Part shown: one piece after another, positions 1 through 8,774 of the stretch
Numbering within the stretch: the first letter of the stretch is position 1
How the letters are laid out: each line of letters opens with the position of its first letter
Assembly: GCA_041663165.1 (NCBI GenBank)
Contig: JBAZRF010000003.1
Span: 11,364-75,363 of the forward strand
Origin: Minisyncoccota bacterium
Lineage (GTDB): Bacteria; Patescibacteriota; Minisyncoccia; Phycocordibacterales; XYD1-FULL-46-19
Length of the DNA stretch: 64,000 nucleotides
Reading direction: 5' to 3'
The notes under the pieces: generated by a model
Told to the model about the DNA's origin: nothing
The model's input: the letters and a program-made list of their open reading frames with translations, nothing else
Databases searched by the model: none
Program-made: the position numbers and the translations under genes

Positions 1-660
1 GATCAAGTTGTTACAATATCGCAAACGGCCTACAATACCTATGGTAATACTGGTCATTTGCGTGTTGGTGAAAAGCTTAGTGTCAAAAACCTATTTTACC
101 CACTTCTTTTATCTTCAAGCAATGATGCGGCGGAAGCTCTCGCCGAGGCGGCTGGTCGAGAGAAGTTTATTGCTGAGATGAATCGCCGTGCCAGACAAAT
201 TGGTTTAACGGACACTTTTTTTGATGATGCCAGCGGATTGTCGCCAATTAACATCTCAACCGCGGCCGATCTCGCAAAATTAGCCGGTTATCTTTATCAC
301 TCTCGGCCAGAAATCCTCGCCTTAACTAGAGAGAAAGAGCATCGTTTAGGCAAACATGTATGGGTCAACGTCAATAACATCTCCTTAATGCCTAATTATA
401 TTGGTGGCAAAAATGGTTATACTGAGGAAGCCAACCGCACCCTAGTTTCTATTTTTCAAGTTCCGATTGAGAATTCTTCGGCGGTCAGTACAACTTTGTC
501 CGAAAAAAAGAGCCGATTATTGGCCCTGGTTTTGCTCCAAAGCAACGATCGTAAAAAAGACACAAGCGGTCTCTTAAATTATCTGATGCGCTACACCTCT
601 TACTTAGGTGGTAAAAACGGTTTCGTGCCGATGGCTCCAAACCCGGTGCTTTTGAACTAA
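1..660 (+). CDS. D-alanyl-D-alanine carboxypeptidase (peptidase S11/PBP5-like), C-terminal part; 5-prime end lies outside the window
   Basis: Frame 1 is open from nt 1. Carries the SxN motif (SSSND) and a KTG-like motif (GGKNGYT). Paralogous to the C-terminal half of the next ORF. Confidence 0.7.
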   Translation, partial: DQVVTISQTAYNTYGNTGHLRVGEKLSVKNLFYPLLLSSSNDAAEALAEAAGREKFIAEMNRRARQIGLTDTFFDDASGLSPINISTAADLAKLAGYLYHSRPEILALTREKEHRLGKHVWVNVNNISLMPNYIGGKNGYTEEANRTLVSIFQVPIENSSAVSTTLSEKKSRLLALVLLQSNDRKKDTSGLLNYLMRYTSYLGGKNGFVPMAPNPVLLN

Positions 661-670
661 TAAAGACAAC

Positions 671-2086
671 ATGCTGAAAAATAGAGTGGGGAGAACGATT
701 TTGTTTTTGGTTCTGTCTCTTTTTTTATTCTTTTTGATTTTAAGTTATAGCTTTGCCGACTCTAATTTCTCTAAAGATTTTAACTTAGCCTGGGATCAGT
801 TTGGAACAATTGATTATCGTTCCTCTGACTACTTTAAAAAACAAGATTTAACTTATCGTGATCTGGCCGAAGTTGCCGGAACGGTTGATTTCATTGGCCA
901 GAATTTCATTGGCATCCCGATTAGGGGTAAAGCAGTTTTGGCTGATCTCCAAAAGATGTCCATTAGTCTCTATCAGGATGGACAAATAATAAAAATTTTT
1001 TCCATTGTTTCTATTGGCCAATCGGGATTGCCATGGGAAACGCCTCGTGGCCAGTTTAATATCTTAACAAAAGAAGAAAATCATCAGTCAACGGTTACTG
1101 ACGTGTGGATGCCATACAGTATGCAATTTTTAGGTAATTATTTTATTCATGGCTGGCCGTATTATGACGATCTAACTCCGGTTGGGTTAGGTTTTTCCGG
1201 TGGCTGTATCAGACTAAAGACGATTGATGCCGAAGAAGTTTTTGCTTTTGTCGATCGTGGTACGCCATTGATTGTTGCCGGCAATAACTTACCCGATGGC
1301 TCTCTTGGTCGCTATCTGGCCAAAGACAGAAACTTGTTGCCAACGGTTACTGCCGAAAGTTATCTGGTTGCTGATCTTGATAATGGCGCGGTTATCGTTA
1401 AAAAAAATAGCAAAAAACTTTATTCCATTGCTTCTTTAACAAAACTCATGACTGCCCTGGTCTTTCTTGATCAAGTCAATCCTATTAATCAAATTGTCAT
1501 CGGCGAAGATCATCAAATTATCCCTTATCGCGAGGTGGGTAAACTTGAGACGGGTGAGGTTTTTGTTGCTAAAGACCTGCTTTGGCCCCTGCTTTTGGAA
1601 TCAAGCAATAAGGCGGCTGAAGTCCTGGCCTCTCGCCTTGGCGAAAAAAGGTTTGTTACTGAAATGAATAACCGGGCAAAAACAATTGGTCTGATTAATT
1701 CGGTCTTTGCCGATCCAGCGGGAATTGATGCTCTTAATATTTCTTCGGCCGAAGATTTATTTCGCCTCGCCCGGCATATATTTTTTGAGAAAAATTACAT
1801 TTTTTCGGTCTCTCGTCAGAACAAAATTGCAGTTGCTAGTCATACCTGGCAAAGCTCGAATCCTTTTGTTTCTCGTCCAGATTTTCTTGGCGGGAAGAAT
1901 GGGCAAACCGAAGCGGCGAAGCAAACATCACTTAATTTGTTCGAGTTAAATTTTGGCAACGAAAAAAGGCGAATAGCGATAATTGTGTTAAAAAGCAACG
2001 ACCGCGATGGCGACACCCAAAGGCTACTGGACTATCTGACCAATAACATATACTTTGTTAAGGATGAAAAATTGCCAACCGACTAA
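671..2086 (+). CDS. Fusion protein: N-terminal L,D-transpeptidase (YkuD) domain plus C-terminal D-Ala-D-Ala carboxypeptidase domain
   Basis: N-terminal TM/signal segment. YkuD catalytic region is HGWPYYDD...GFSGGCIRL. Second half has the S11 motifs SIASLTKLM (SxxK), SSNKAAE (SxN) and GGKNGQT. Confidence 0.75.
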   Translation: MLKNRVGRTILFLVLSLFLFFLILSYSFADSNFSKDFNLAWDQFGTIDYRSSDYFKKQDLTYRDLAEVAGTVDFIGQNFIGIPIRGKAVLADLQKMSISLYQDGQIIKIFSIVSIGQSGLPWETPRGQFNILTKEENHQSTVTDVWMPYSMQFLGNYFIHGWPYYDDLTPVGLGFSGGCIRLKTIDAEEVFAFVDRGTPLIVAGNNLPDGSLGRYLAKDRNLLPTVTAESYLVADLDNGAVIVKKNSKKLYSIASLTKLMTALVFLDQVNPINQIVIGEDHQIIPYREVGKLETGEVFVAKDLLWPLLLESSNKAAEVLASRLGEKRFVTEMNNRAKTIGLINSVFADPAGIDALNISSAEDLFRLARHIFFEKNYIFSVSRQNKIAVASHTWQSSNPFVSRPDFLGGKNGQTEAAKQTSLNLFELNFGNEKRRIAIIVLKSNDRDGDTQRLLDYLTNNIYFVKDEKLPTD

Positions 2087-3119
2087 AAATTTTTGGCTAG
2101 ACCTGACCAAGCCCTTTTTTGCTTTGGCGCCGATGTATGACGTGACCGACGCGGCGTTTCGAGCGATGTTTGTAAGACACAGTAAAAGCCGTGCGAAGTC
2201 GGATCTGGCTACGCGAGATACGACTTCGCACGACCTCGTCTTGTTTACTGAATTTGTGTCCGCTGACGGTTTGGCGAGCGAAGCGGGGCGACTGAAGCTC
2301 CGCCGCGAACTTTATTACACGGAGGCCGAACGGCCGATTGTGGCCCAGATTTTTGGCTCTAAACTGGAGAGTATTGAACAGGCCATTAAATTGGTTAAAG
2401 AGCTGGGTTTTGACGGCGTGGACATCAATATGGGCTGTCCCGATCGAGCGGTGGAGAAACAGGGGGCGGGAGCTGCTTTGATTAAAAATCCCAAGTTAGC
2501 GCGAGAAATTATCGCGGCGGCGAAAAAGGCGGCTGGGAAGATGCCCGTCTCAGTGAAAACACGAATTGGTTACAATAAAATAGATTTCGATTGGATCCAG
2601 ACAATTTTAGACGCTAAACCCGATGCGGTTACTTTTCATTTACGTACTCGTAAAGAAATGTCAGACGTGCCAGCGCATTATGAAGTTGTCCCTGAAATTG
2701 TGAGAATTTTTAAAAGCAGTGGCATTCCCATCATAATCAATGGCGATGTGAAGAGTGTTGAGGAGGGTCAAGAATTGGTAAAAAAATACAGTATTGATGG
2801 AGTGATGATTGGCCGAGGGGCGTTTGGGAAGCCCTGGGTGTTCGCTAAAGACGCAGTGCGAAGTCGCATTTCAGGCTCACTTGAAAAACGACTTCGCATG
2901 GCCGTTGAACATTCTAAACTTTTTTGGGATTTATACGGAGATACTCAAACTAACCAAAAACTTTTCAACGGCCACACCAAAAACTTTGCCGTTATGCGCA
3001 AGCATTTCAAAGCCTACGCCTCTGGCTTCAAAGGGGCAACGGCTCTTCGGGCCAAATTAATGCAAGCAAATAATCCCGATGAAGTTGAAAAGATAATAGA
3101 CGAATTCTTGCTGGATTGA
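2064..3119 (+). CDS. dus: tRNA-dihydrouridine synthase
   Basis: FALAPMYDVTDAAFR and INMGCP motifs with TIM-barrel Dus layout. The ORF track starts at TTG 2055; ATG 2064 is the more likely start. Contains two in-frame palindromic inserts. Confidence 0.8.
   Translation: MKNCQPTKNFWLDLTKPFFALAPMYDVTDAAFRAMFVRHSKSRAKSDLATRDTTSHDLVLFTEFVSADGLASEAGRLKLRRELYYTEAERPIVAQIFGSKLESIEQAIKLVKELGFDGVDINMGCPDRAVEKQGAGAALIKNPKLAREIIAAAKKAAGKMPVSVKTRIGYNKIDFDWIQTILDAKPDAVTFHLRTRKEMSDVPAHYEVVPEIVRIFKSSGIPIIINGDVKSVEEGQELVKKYSIDGVMIGRGAFGKPWVFAKDAVRSRISGSLEKRLRMAVEHSKLFWDLYGDTQTNQKLFNGHTKNFAVMRKHFKAYASGFKGATALRAKLMQANNPDEVEKIIDEFLLD
2191..2231. repeat. Palindromic element, family A (GTGCGAAGTCG-GATCTGGCTACGCGAGATA-CGACTTCGCAC), in-frame within dus
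   Basis: Perfect 11-bp terminal inverted repeat. The core recurs at 31558, 33219 and 41833. Confidence 0.8.
2856..2899. repeat. Palindromic element, family B (GTGCGAAGTCGCATTT...AAAAACGACTTCGCA), in-frame within dus
   Basis: Inverted termini GTGCGAAGTCG/CGACTTCGCA. A near copy lies in prmC at 12986-13026. Confidence 0.7.
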
Positions 3120-3189
3120 TTAATCATCATTTTGTGTTATAAATAAAGACGGAAGAAACTGGTTCCGTTCTACAAGGGAGGGTTGGGTC

Positions 3190-3480
3190 ATGTTTTTAGG
3201 ACTTCGCAGTTGGGTTTGGTGCGTTCTAACGTTCTTGGCTAGGATGGCTTTGGACTGGGACAACGCTGAGCTGGTCAGTTTGTCCGAAATAATCGAAAGA
3301 CTTCACTCTGGCCAGGAGGGCGTGAATCTCGAGTTAGAAGATCGGGAATCTCTCGCCTGTCGACTCGAGGAGCAAGAAGCAGAGTTGCGTGCCAAGGTGT
3401 CTTTGCTTGAGAGGAGGTTGTCTTGGTGGAGGAAGGTTCTCTATCTTCCGAGTCTTTCCGTGACAGGTGGCGGGGTATGA
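3190..3480 (+). CDS. Hypothetical small protein (96 aa, hydrophobic N-terminus plus coiled-coil) in a GC-rich island
   Basis: SD-like GGGAGGG lies 8 nt upstream of ATG. The region is GC-rich, with several overlapping short ORFs on both strands, so coding status is uncertain. Confidence 0.25.
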   Translation: MFLGLRSWVWCVLTFLARMALDWDNAELVSLSEIIERLHSGQEGVNLELEDRESLACRLEEQEAELRAKVSLLERRLSWWRKVLYLPSLSVTGGGV

Positions 3481-3683
3481 GGGATTCTTTTTCTCGGCTC
3501 CTATCCCTATGTCTCGGTGGGGACTCGCGTTGCCCCTCCAAAGCTGAGGCTGAAACTCACAAGGGGCCCAAGATAGACCCTCTCGGTTCGCCGTCCGAGC
3601 CGCAGAGGATTCGCTCCGGCGGCGGGGGAGTTCCTGCCGCCAAGATTGTCGCCTGTTACCGGGCGACTGACCCCGTTTGCGAT

Positions 3684-3720
3684 GCCGTCACTCGTCCCGA
3701 GTGACGGCATTTCGTGATTT
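3684..3720 (+). terminator. Rho-independent terminator-like hairpin (GCCGTCACTC-GTCCC-GAGTGACGGC followed by ATTTCGTGATTT) ending the GC-rich segment upstream of dnaX
   Basis: 10-bp perfect stem followed by a T-rich tract. Confidence 0.4.
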
Positions 3721-3767
3721 ACTATCTACTACTTTTACTCCTTACTACTTGCTGTTATAATCCCCGT

Positions 3768-4805
3768 ATGTCCGAACTAGCCCTTTATCGCAAATATCGT
3801 CCCTCAAAATTTAGCGAGGTCATCGGCCAAGAGCAGGTAACCGGTGTTTTGGAATCAGCCATTAAGCAAGGCAACCTTGTCCACGCCTATCTCTTTGTCG
3901 GTTCGCGGGGCACGGGCAAAACGAGCGTAGCCCGGATTTTCGCTAAAACGATTGGCACTAGCGACAATGACCTGATTGAGATCGATGGCGCCTCCAACCG
4001 CGGTATCGATGAAATTAGAGCCTTACGCTAGGCCGTGCGCACCCTGCCGTTCGAATCCAAGTATAAGGTTTATATTATTGACGAGGTGCACATGCTCACT
4101 AAAGACGCCTTCAATGCCCTGCTCAAAACTCTTGAAGAGCCTCCGGCCCATGTCATCTTTATTTTAGCCACAACCGAACAACATAAAGTTATAGACACGA
4201 TCGTCTCACGTTGCCAAACCTTCATTTTTAAAAAACCAACCAACGAGATTCTTAAAAAAGTTGCCAAAGATATTGCTAAGAAAGAGGGCTTCACTATCGC
4301 CGATGATGTCGCCGATTTGCTCGCTTTTATGGGTGATGGCTCCTTTCGTGACACCATCGGTATTTTGCAAAAAATAATTGGTTCGTCGGCTGACAAAAAG
4401 ATCGCGCTTGAAGAGGTACAAAATATCACTGGCGCGCCACCGCTTAAGTTAGTTTATGATTTAGTCGAAGCGATTGCTGATAATAATTTAGATGGTGCAC
4501 TCACGGTCATTGACCAAACGGCTGAGGCGGGGACAGATTTTAAAATTTTCCTAAAACTCGTAATGCGCGAGATTCGCTTGGCCCTGCTCACCACCATGTC
4601 GCCCACTTTAAAAACTAAAATTTTGGCCGAAGCGGGGGATAAAGAAAAAGAATTTTTCACCACCCTCTCTACCAAACCCGGCTCGAAAAATCTTGCCACT
4701 GCCTTGCGCGAATTTCTCGATACTTATAACCTTCTCGGTGGCAGTTTCTCCCCCCAGATTCCATTAGAGCTAGCGGTGGTGAAAATTTTGGAACCAAAAG
4801 CTTAA
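3768..4805 (+). CDS. dnaX: DNA polymerase III subunit gamma/tau, interrupted by an in-frame TAG at 4029-4031
   Basis: Walker A GSRGTGKTS, then YKVYIIDEVHM and SRC motifs. Both ORF pieces (3714-4031 and 4035-4805) are in the same frame and are separated only by TAG. Confidence 0.8.
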
Positions 4806-4812
4806 GGTCCTT

Positions 4813-5208
4813 ATGAAAACATACGCTTTTAGATTACATCCCGGGCAAGATTTGCGAGAAGAGATTGATAGGTTTGTTACCGAAAAAAATATTAAGGCCG
4901 GAGCTATTTTGACTTGTGTTGGTAATCTTTCAAAGGCGATTATCAGGATGGCCGATGCTAATCTTACTAAAATTTGGGAAGGAACTTTTGAAATAGTCTC
5001 ACTGGTTGGGACAACAGAAGATGGCAATAGTCATCTGCATCTGTCAATTTCAGATAAAGATGGGAATGTTTTTGGCGGTCATCTTAAAAAAGGGTCTATT
5101 GTCGGTATCACGGCCGAGATAGTTATCGGGGAATTAGAGGGTCTAAAATTCAAAAGAGAATTCGATGAAAAAACCGGTTACGAAGAATTAGTGGTTGAAG
5201 AGAAATAA
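4813..5208 (+). CDS. PPC/DUF296 domain protein
   Basis: Shows the RLHPGQDL...FEIVSLVGT...HLHLSISD pattern typical of PPC/DUF296. Confidence 0.6.
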   Translation: MKTYAFRLHPGQDLREEIDRFVTEKNIKAGAILTCVGNLSKAIIRMADANLTKIWEGTFEIVSLVGTTEDGNSHLHLSISDKDGNVFGGHLKKGSIVGITAEIVIGELEGLKFKREFDEKTGYEELVVEEK

Positions 5209-5209
5209 A

Positions 5210-5785
5210 ATGATTGAACCGGCAACATCTTCACAAGTTTTAGAAGCAACCCCCGATGACATCAGGGGAATTTTAGATGTCCAAAATAGTGTACTGCACA
5301 CCAATAACAAGGAATTAGATCGAGGTTTCCTCTGGTATCCACTCGACACTGAGGAATTGGAGGAGATTATTGCTCATCCAGAAAGCCACGCTTTAATGGT
5401 GGCCAAGGAGGGCAAAAACGTCATCGGCTATTTTCTTGGCTATGATTTAGACGAATGGCAAAAACATAAACCCGATTGGTTTGAAGCGCTTGATGTCCCA
5501 GCTGATCTAAAAGAAAAAATCAAAAGCCAAAAAGTTTTTTATTGTCGTCATATTGCTACTGCTAACCAGCGCTCTGGCATCGGTTCTGTTTTAAGCCAAT
5601 CGTTGCAGAAAGTCGCGAAAGATCGGGGTTATAATATGGTATTGGCCGAGGTTATGAGAAAACCAATTGAGAATGTTGCCTCAATTGTCCACCATTTAAA
5701 ACAGGGTTGCCGCGAAGTTGGCTCAATTTCTTACTCCGATGGCACCGAGTGGGGAGTTTTTATACATGATTTAAAGAGCGAGTAA
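5210..5785 (+). CDS. GNAT-family N-acetyltransferase (putative)
   Basis: Q-R-S-G-I-G acetyl-CoA-binding-like motif. The ORF track starts at 5195; ATG 5210 is the more likely start. Confidence 0.5.
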   Translation: MIEPATSSQVLEATPDDIRGILDVQNSVLHTNNKELDRGFLWYPLDTEELEEIIAHPESHALMVAKEGKNVIGYFLGYDLDEWQKHKPDWFEALDVPADLKEKIKSQKVFYCRHIATANQRSGIGSVLSQSLQKVAKDRGYNMVLAEVMRKPIENVASIVHHLKQGCREVGSISYSDGTEWGVFIHDLKSE

Positions 5786-6190
5786 GATCGCTCCGAGCGA
5801 AACTAAGAGCGCACCAAGGCCGGTTTTCCAAGTGAGGGCTTCGCCGAGAAAGAGAACGGCGAGGACGAGAACAAAAACGACACTTAAGCGATCAAGAGCG
5901 GCCACGGCGGTGGCCGGGCCGTTTTTGAGCGCGCCGAAATAGAAGAACCAAGATAATGCGCCGGCGAGACCCGACAGGGCAATGAAGATCAGAGCTTTGT
6001 TATCAATTTTGCTTAAATCAAATTTACCAAGCGATAGGGCAGCTAACACCAAGGCGACAGCCATAATCACCGAGCGAATAGCAGTGGCGAGCGTAGTGTC
6101 GACATGGCTAATGCCGATTTTGCCAAAGATGGCGACTAGCGCCGCGCAAACGGCCGAAAGGATGGCATAAATAATCCACGAACTAATCAT
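5771..6190 (-). CDS. EamA-like small membrane transporter (DMT superfamily, 4 TM)
   Basis: 139 aa with four hydrophobic helices and an EamA-like pattern. Confidence 0.55.
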   Translation of the reverse strand: MISSWIIYAILSAVCAALVAIFGKIGISHVDTTLATAIRSVIMAVALVLAALSLGKFDLSKIDNKALIFIALSGLAGALSWFFYFGALKNGPATAVAALDRLSVVFVLVLAVLFLGEALTWKTGLGALLVSLGAILLAL

Positions 6191-6320
6191 GGCCCTTATT
6201 ATAACATGGGTTTCATCAAAAATTTAGAACTTAAACGGTATCATGTAGCGTAATTAAAAATATAAAGGTCGGGCAGCTTTAAATTCTTATTTATATTATC
6301 AACTTAAGACAAAAAACATT

Positions 6321-6518
6321 ATGAAAAGAATCGCTTGTAAAGATATTAATCCCGGCACCGATTGTGCTTTTGAGGTCGACGGTAAAACGGTCAAGGAGGT
6401 GGCTGACAAAATGATGGAGCATATCAAAATGGAACATCAGGATGACCTGGCCAAGATGAAGATGGATATGTCCGAAAAGGAGATTCTGAAGATGGTGGAG
6501 AATAAGGTGCACTTCTAA
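6321..6518 (+). CDS. DUF1059-like small protein
   Basis: 65 aa with CKDINPGTDCAF...H..MEH pattern. Confidence 0.4.
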   Translation: MKRIACKDINPGTDCAFEVDGKTVKEVADKMMEHIKMEHQDDLAKMKMDMSEKEILKMVENKVHF

Positions 6519-8320
6519 CTCCTTGTTAATCTTTCTAGCTCAATGATATCTCGCTCAATACCCTTTAGGCCGGCTTCGAAAAAGGCCGGCTTACTGGTGT
6601 CGATACCGATGGATTTAAAGATATCTTCCGGACTCATTGATCGGCCGGCCGAAAGAAATTGTTTTATTTTTTTCGCATAGCTTGGATCCGCTTGCCATTT
6701 TTCATAAAGCGCTCGGCTAATTAGCTGTCCATAAGCATAGGTGTAAACATAAAAGAAATTACGAATATGCGGCCAATAAACAAAGAAATAACCATCGTCA
6801 GGTGTCACCTCAACCGCTTCGCCCAGGTAAGATTTTAGATGTTTCGACATCAGGTTGGCCATTTCTTCTTTCGAAATTTGACCAGCGGCACGGATTTTTT
6901 GGTGGAGTTCTAACTCAAAATTAAAGCAGGCAATTTGGCGAAAGATGGTAGATATATCACCCATAATTTTGTTATGAAGTAAAAATACTTTTTCTTTCGG
7001 CGAAAGATGTTTTTCAACCTCGGCCGAGATAATTTGTTCAAAAAAAGTACTAGCCACCTCGGCTGTCGCGATCGAGTGCCCTTGATAAGCTGGCGGTTGG
7101 GATTTGCTTAATTCGGTATGGATAGCATGGCCCATCTCGTGGGCCAAAGTCTCAAGCGACCTTAGGTCATCAGTGTGGTTAAGGAGTAAGAAGGTCGGGA
7201 GTCGGCCACTGCCCCAGCAATAGGCTCCGCCTTTTTTACCCTTTTTCGGATAAACATCGATTTGACCATTGGTTAAAAAGTTTTCAAACAAAGTGGCATA
7301 TTCCGGATCAATTTTATTAAGCGTTGATTGAAGAATGGAGACTGAAGCGGGGAAATCGAATTTGGTTTTTATCTCGCCAATTTGGGCGCTACGGTCAGCG
7401 AGGGTAATCTTTTTTTCACCCAAAAGTTTGGTGTGCAATTTGTAAAAGCGGTGAGCAATCTTAAAGTTCTTCGAGATTAGCGTGACAAAGTTCTCAATTG
7501 CATGCTCGTCATTTTCATAACCGAGGATGGTGGAGCTATAAGGTTTCTCATAACCCCGTCGTTTATCCATCACCTTTTTGTAACTATAGACGGCATTAAT
7601 CTCGCCCTCGGCAACGTGGCTGATGGACTTTAGAACGGCATTAACTTTATTGTGGATTTCCCGGCGATCTCTTTTGGACGAGTCTGATATCTTAGCGATG
7701 GCTTCGGCAATGGGTAAATCTTTATCGTGGTGTTTAATAGTTTGTTGACTAAGCAATTTTCCTTGAACATCTATCCACATCGAATAACTTGTCTGCTTTA
7801 GTAAACTCTTTAATTGCTCTTCACCCTCTGGCAAATTAAATTTGGCCTGCTTAAAAATGCGGGTTAGGGCGTAGACATGGGGTTTTAATGGAGTATAGGC
7901 CAGAAAAGCCCTTTGTCTTTTAGGGTCAATCTTGGCAATCTCCAAACCGAAAAATTTAATCCGATTAAAAGCCTCAGTCATTCTTTGGCCATATTTGGTC
8001 GCTAGGGCGCGAGACTGGCTATCGGCCGAATCGAGGTCGGTCTTGAGAGCAAAATACCAAGCTGGTTCAAGTTGGCTGAGTCGGGTGTCTAGCTTCTCGA
8101 TGTCGTCGTAGGCGGTAGCGAGTTTTTTGGGCGAGGCCATAGAATTCTTCCCGCGATACTTTTTCTCAAAAGTTTCGCAGCGCTGCTCGATTTCTCGCAG
8201 ATCCTTCTCAATTTGCGGATCATCACCACTTTTATAAAGCAACTTTAAGTTCCAAGCAGTTTTGATTTTCATTGTCTCAGAATACCAAAAAATTAGCTTG
8301 ATGACCAATTGTTTCGCCAT
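6515..8320 (-). CDS. pepF: Oligoendopeptidase F (M3B zinc metallopeptidase)
   Basis: HEMGHAIH (HExxH) motif and M3B length. Confidence 0.85.
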   Translation of the reverse strand: MAKQLVIKLIFWYSETMKIKTAWNLKLLYKSGDDPQIEKDLREIEQRCETFEKKYRGKNSMASPKKLATAYDDIEKLDTRLSQLEPAWYFALKTDLDSADSQSRALATKYGQRMTEAFNRIKFFGLEIAKIDPKRQRAFLAYTPLKPHVYALTRIFKQAKFNLPEGEEQLKSLLKQTSYSMWIDVQGKLLSQQTIKHHDKDLPIAEAIAKISDSSKRDRREIHNKVNAVLKSISHVAEGEINAVYSYKKVMDKRRGYEKPYSSTILGYENDEHAIENFVTLISKNFKIAHRFYKLHTKLLGEKKITLADRSAQIGEIKTKFDFPASVSILQSTLNKIDPEYATLFENFLTNGQIDVYPKKGKKGGAYCWGSGRLPTFLLLNHTDDLRSLETLAHEMGHAIHTELSKSQPPAYQGHSIATAEVASTFFEQIISAEVEKHLSPKEKVFLLHNKIMGDISTIFRQIACFNFELELHQKIRAAGQISKEEMANLMSKHLKSYLGEAVEVTPDDGYFFVYWPHIRNFFYVYTYAYGQLISRALYEKWQADPSYAKKIKQFLSAGRSMSPEDIFKSIGIDTSKPAFFEAGLKGIERDIIELERLTRS

Positions 8321-8369
8321 TTGCTAAATAACGAAAAATCGTGTTAACATATAGTTGTTTTTAAACAAT

Positions 8370-8440
8370 TGCGGGATCGTCTAAAGGTAGGACATGAGCC
8401 TTTGAAGCTCAGTATCTTGGTTCGATTCCAAGTCCCGCAG
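8370..8440 (+). tRNA. tRNA-Gln (anticodon TTG)
   Basis: Cloverleaf drawn by hand. Anticodon loop CTTTGAA, T-loop TTCGATT, U1:A72 pair as in bacterial tRNA-Gln. CCA is not encoded. Confidence 0.8.
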
Positions 8441-8463
8441 CAGCGTGATAAAATAAGAGAGTT

Positions 8464-8697
8464 ATGGAACAATTAGATTTTTTTGACCAAGGATCTGAAC
8501 CAGAGACAGGGCCAGAGACGCCCGAAATTCAGGAAGATGTGTCAGTTGAATCTCTTGGGGCCGTGAGTCGATCGCCCGAAATAGTTTTTGGTCCACCGGT
8601 TAATCCAGATGATGATTGCCCTCACAATGACACCTATCGCAATTGTCCCTTTTGTCGATTTAGATTTCCATTCAAAAAGCCAAGAAAAGCCGCTTAA
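8464..8697 (+). CDS. Hypothetical acidic small protein with C-terminal Cys cluster (CPHNDTYRNCPFC)
   Basis: ORF with a zinc-ribbon-like CxnCxxC motif. Confidence 0.3.
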   Translation: MEQLDFFDQGSEPETGPETPEIQEDVSVESLGAVSRSPEIVFGPPVNPDDDCPHNDTYRNCPFCRFRFPFKKPRKAA

Positions 8698-8774
8698 AAA
8701 ACAAAAACCTTTATCCCGAGCCTGTCGAAGGGCCAAAGAAAAAGGTTTTTGTTTGGTGTAATCAAATTAACAAA

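Noticed and set aside
1467-1949. Short ORFs (66 aa and 80 aa) overlapping the LD-transpeptidase/carboxypeptidase gene in other frames. The same applies to many antisense or overlapping ORFs inside long genes, such as 4070-4429, 9954-10367, 29394-29753, 35506-35850, 37428-37811 and 42668-43072.
   Set aside because: Each is fully embedded in a long ORF that has clear conserved motifs. None has an RBS or a recognisable motif of its own, so they are treated as spurious.
3275-3710. Minus-strand ORFs (88 aa and 67 aa) in the GC-rich region
   Set aside because: Both are Arg/Pro/Ser-rich low-complexity translations, typical of GC-rich non-coding sequence, and have no RBS.
3120-3767. tmRNA, RNase P RNA or SRP RNA identity for the GC-rich segment
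   Set aside because: I looked for tmRNA 5-prime GGGG...GGATTCGAC and the T-arm, for RNase P AGGAAAGTCCGGGC, and for SRP GGAA-tetraloop/AGCA helix-8 motifs on both strands. None was found. The segment is left as unassigned.
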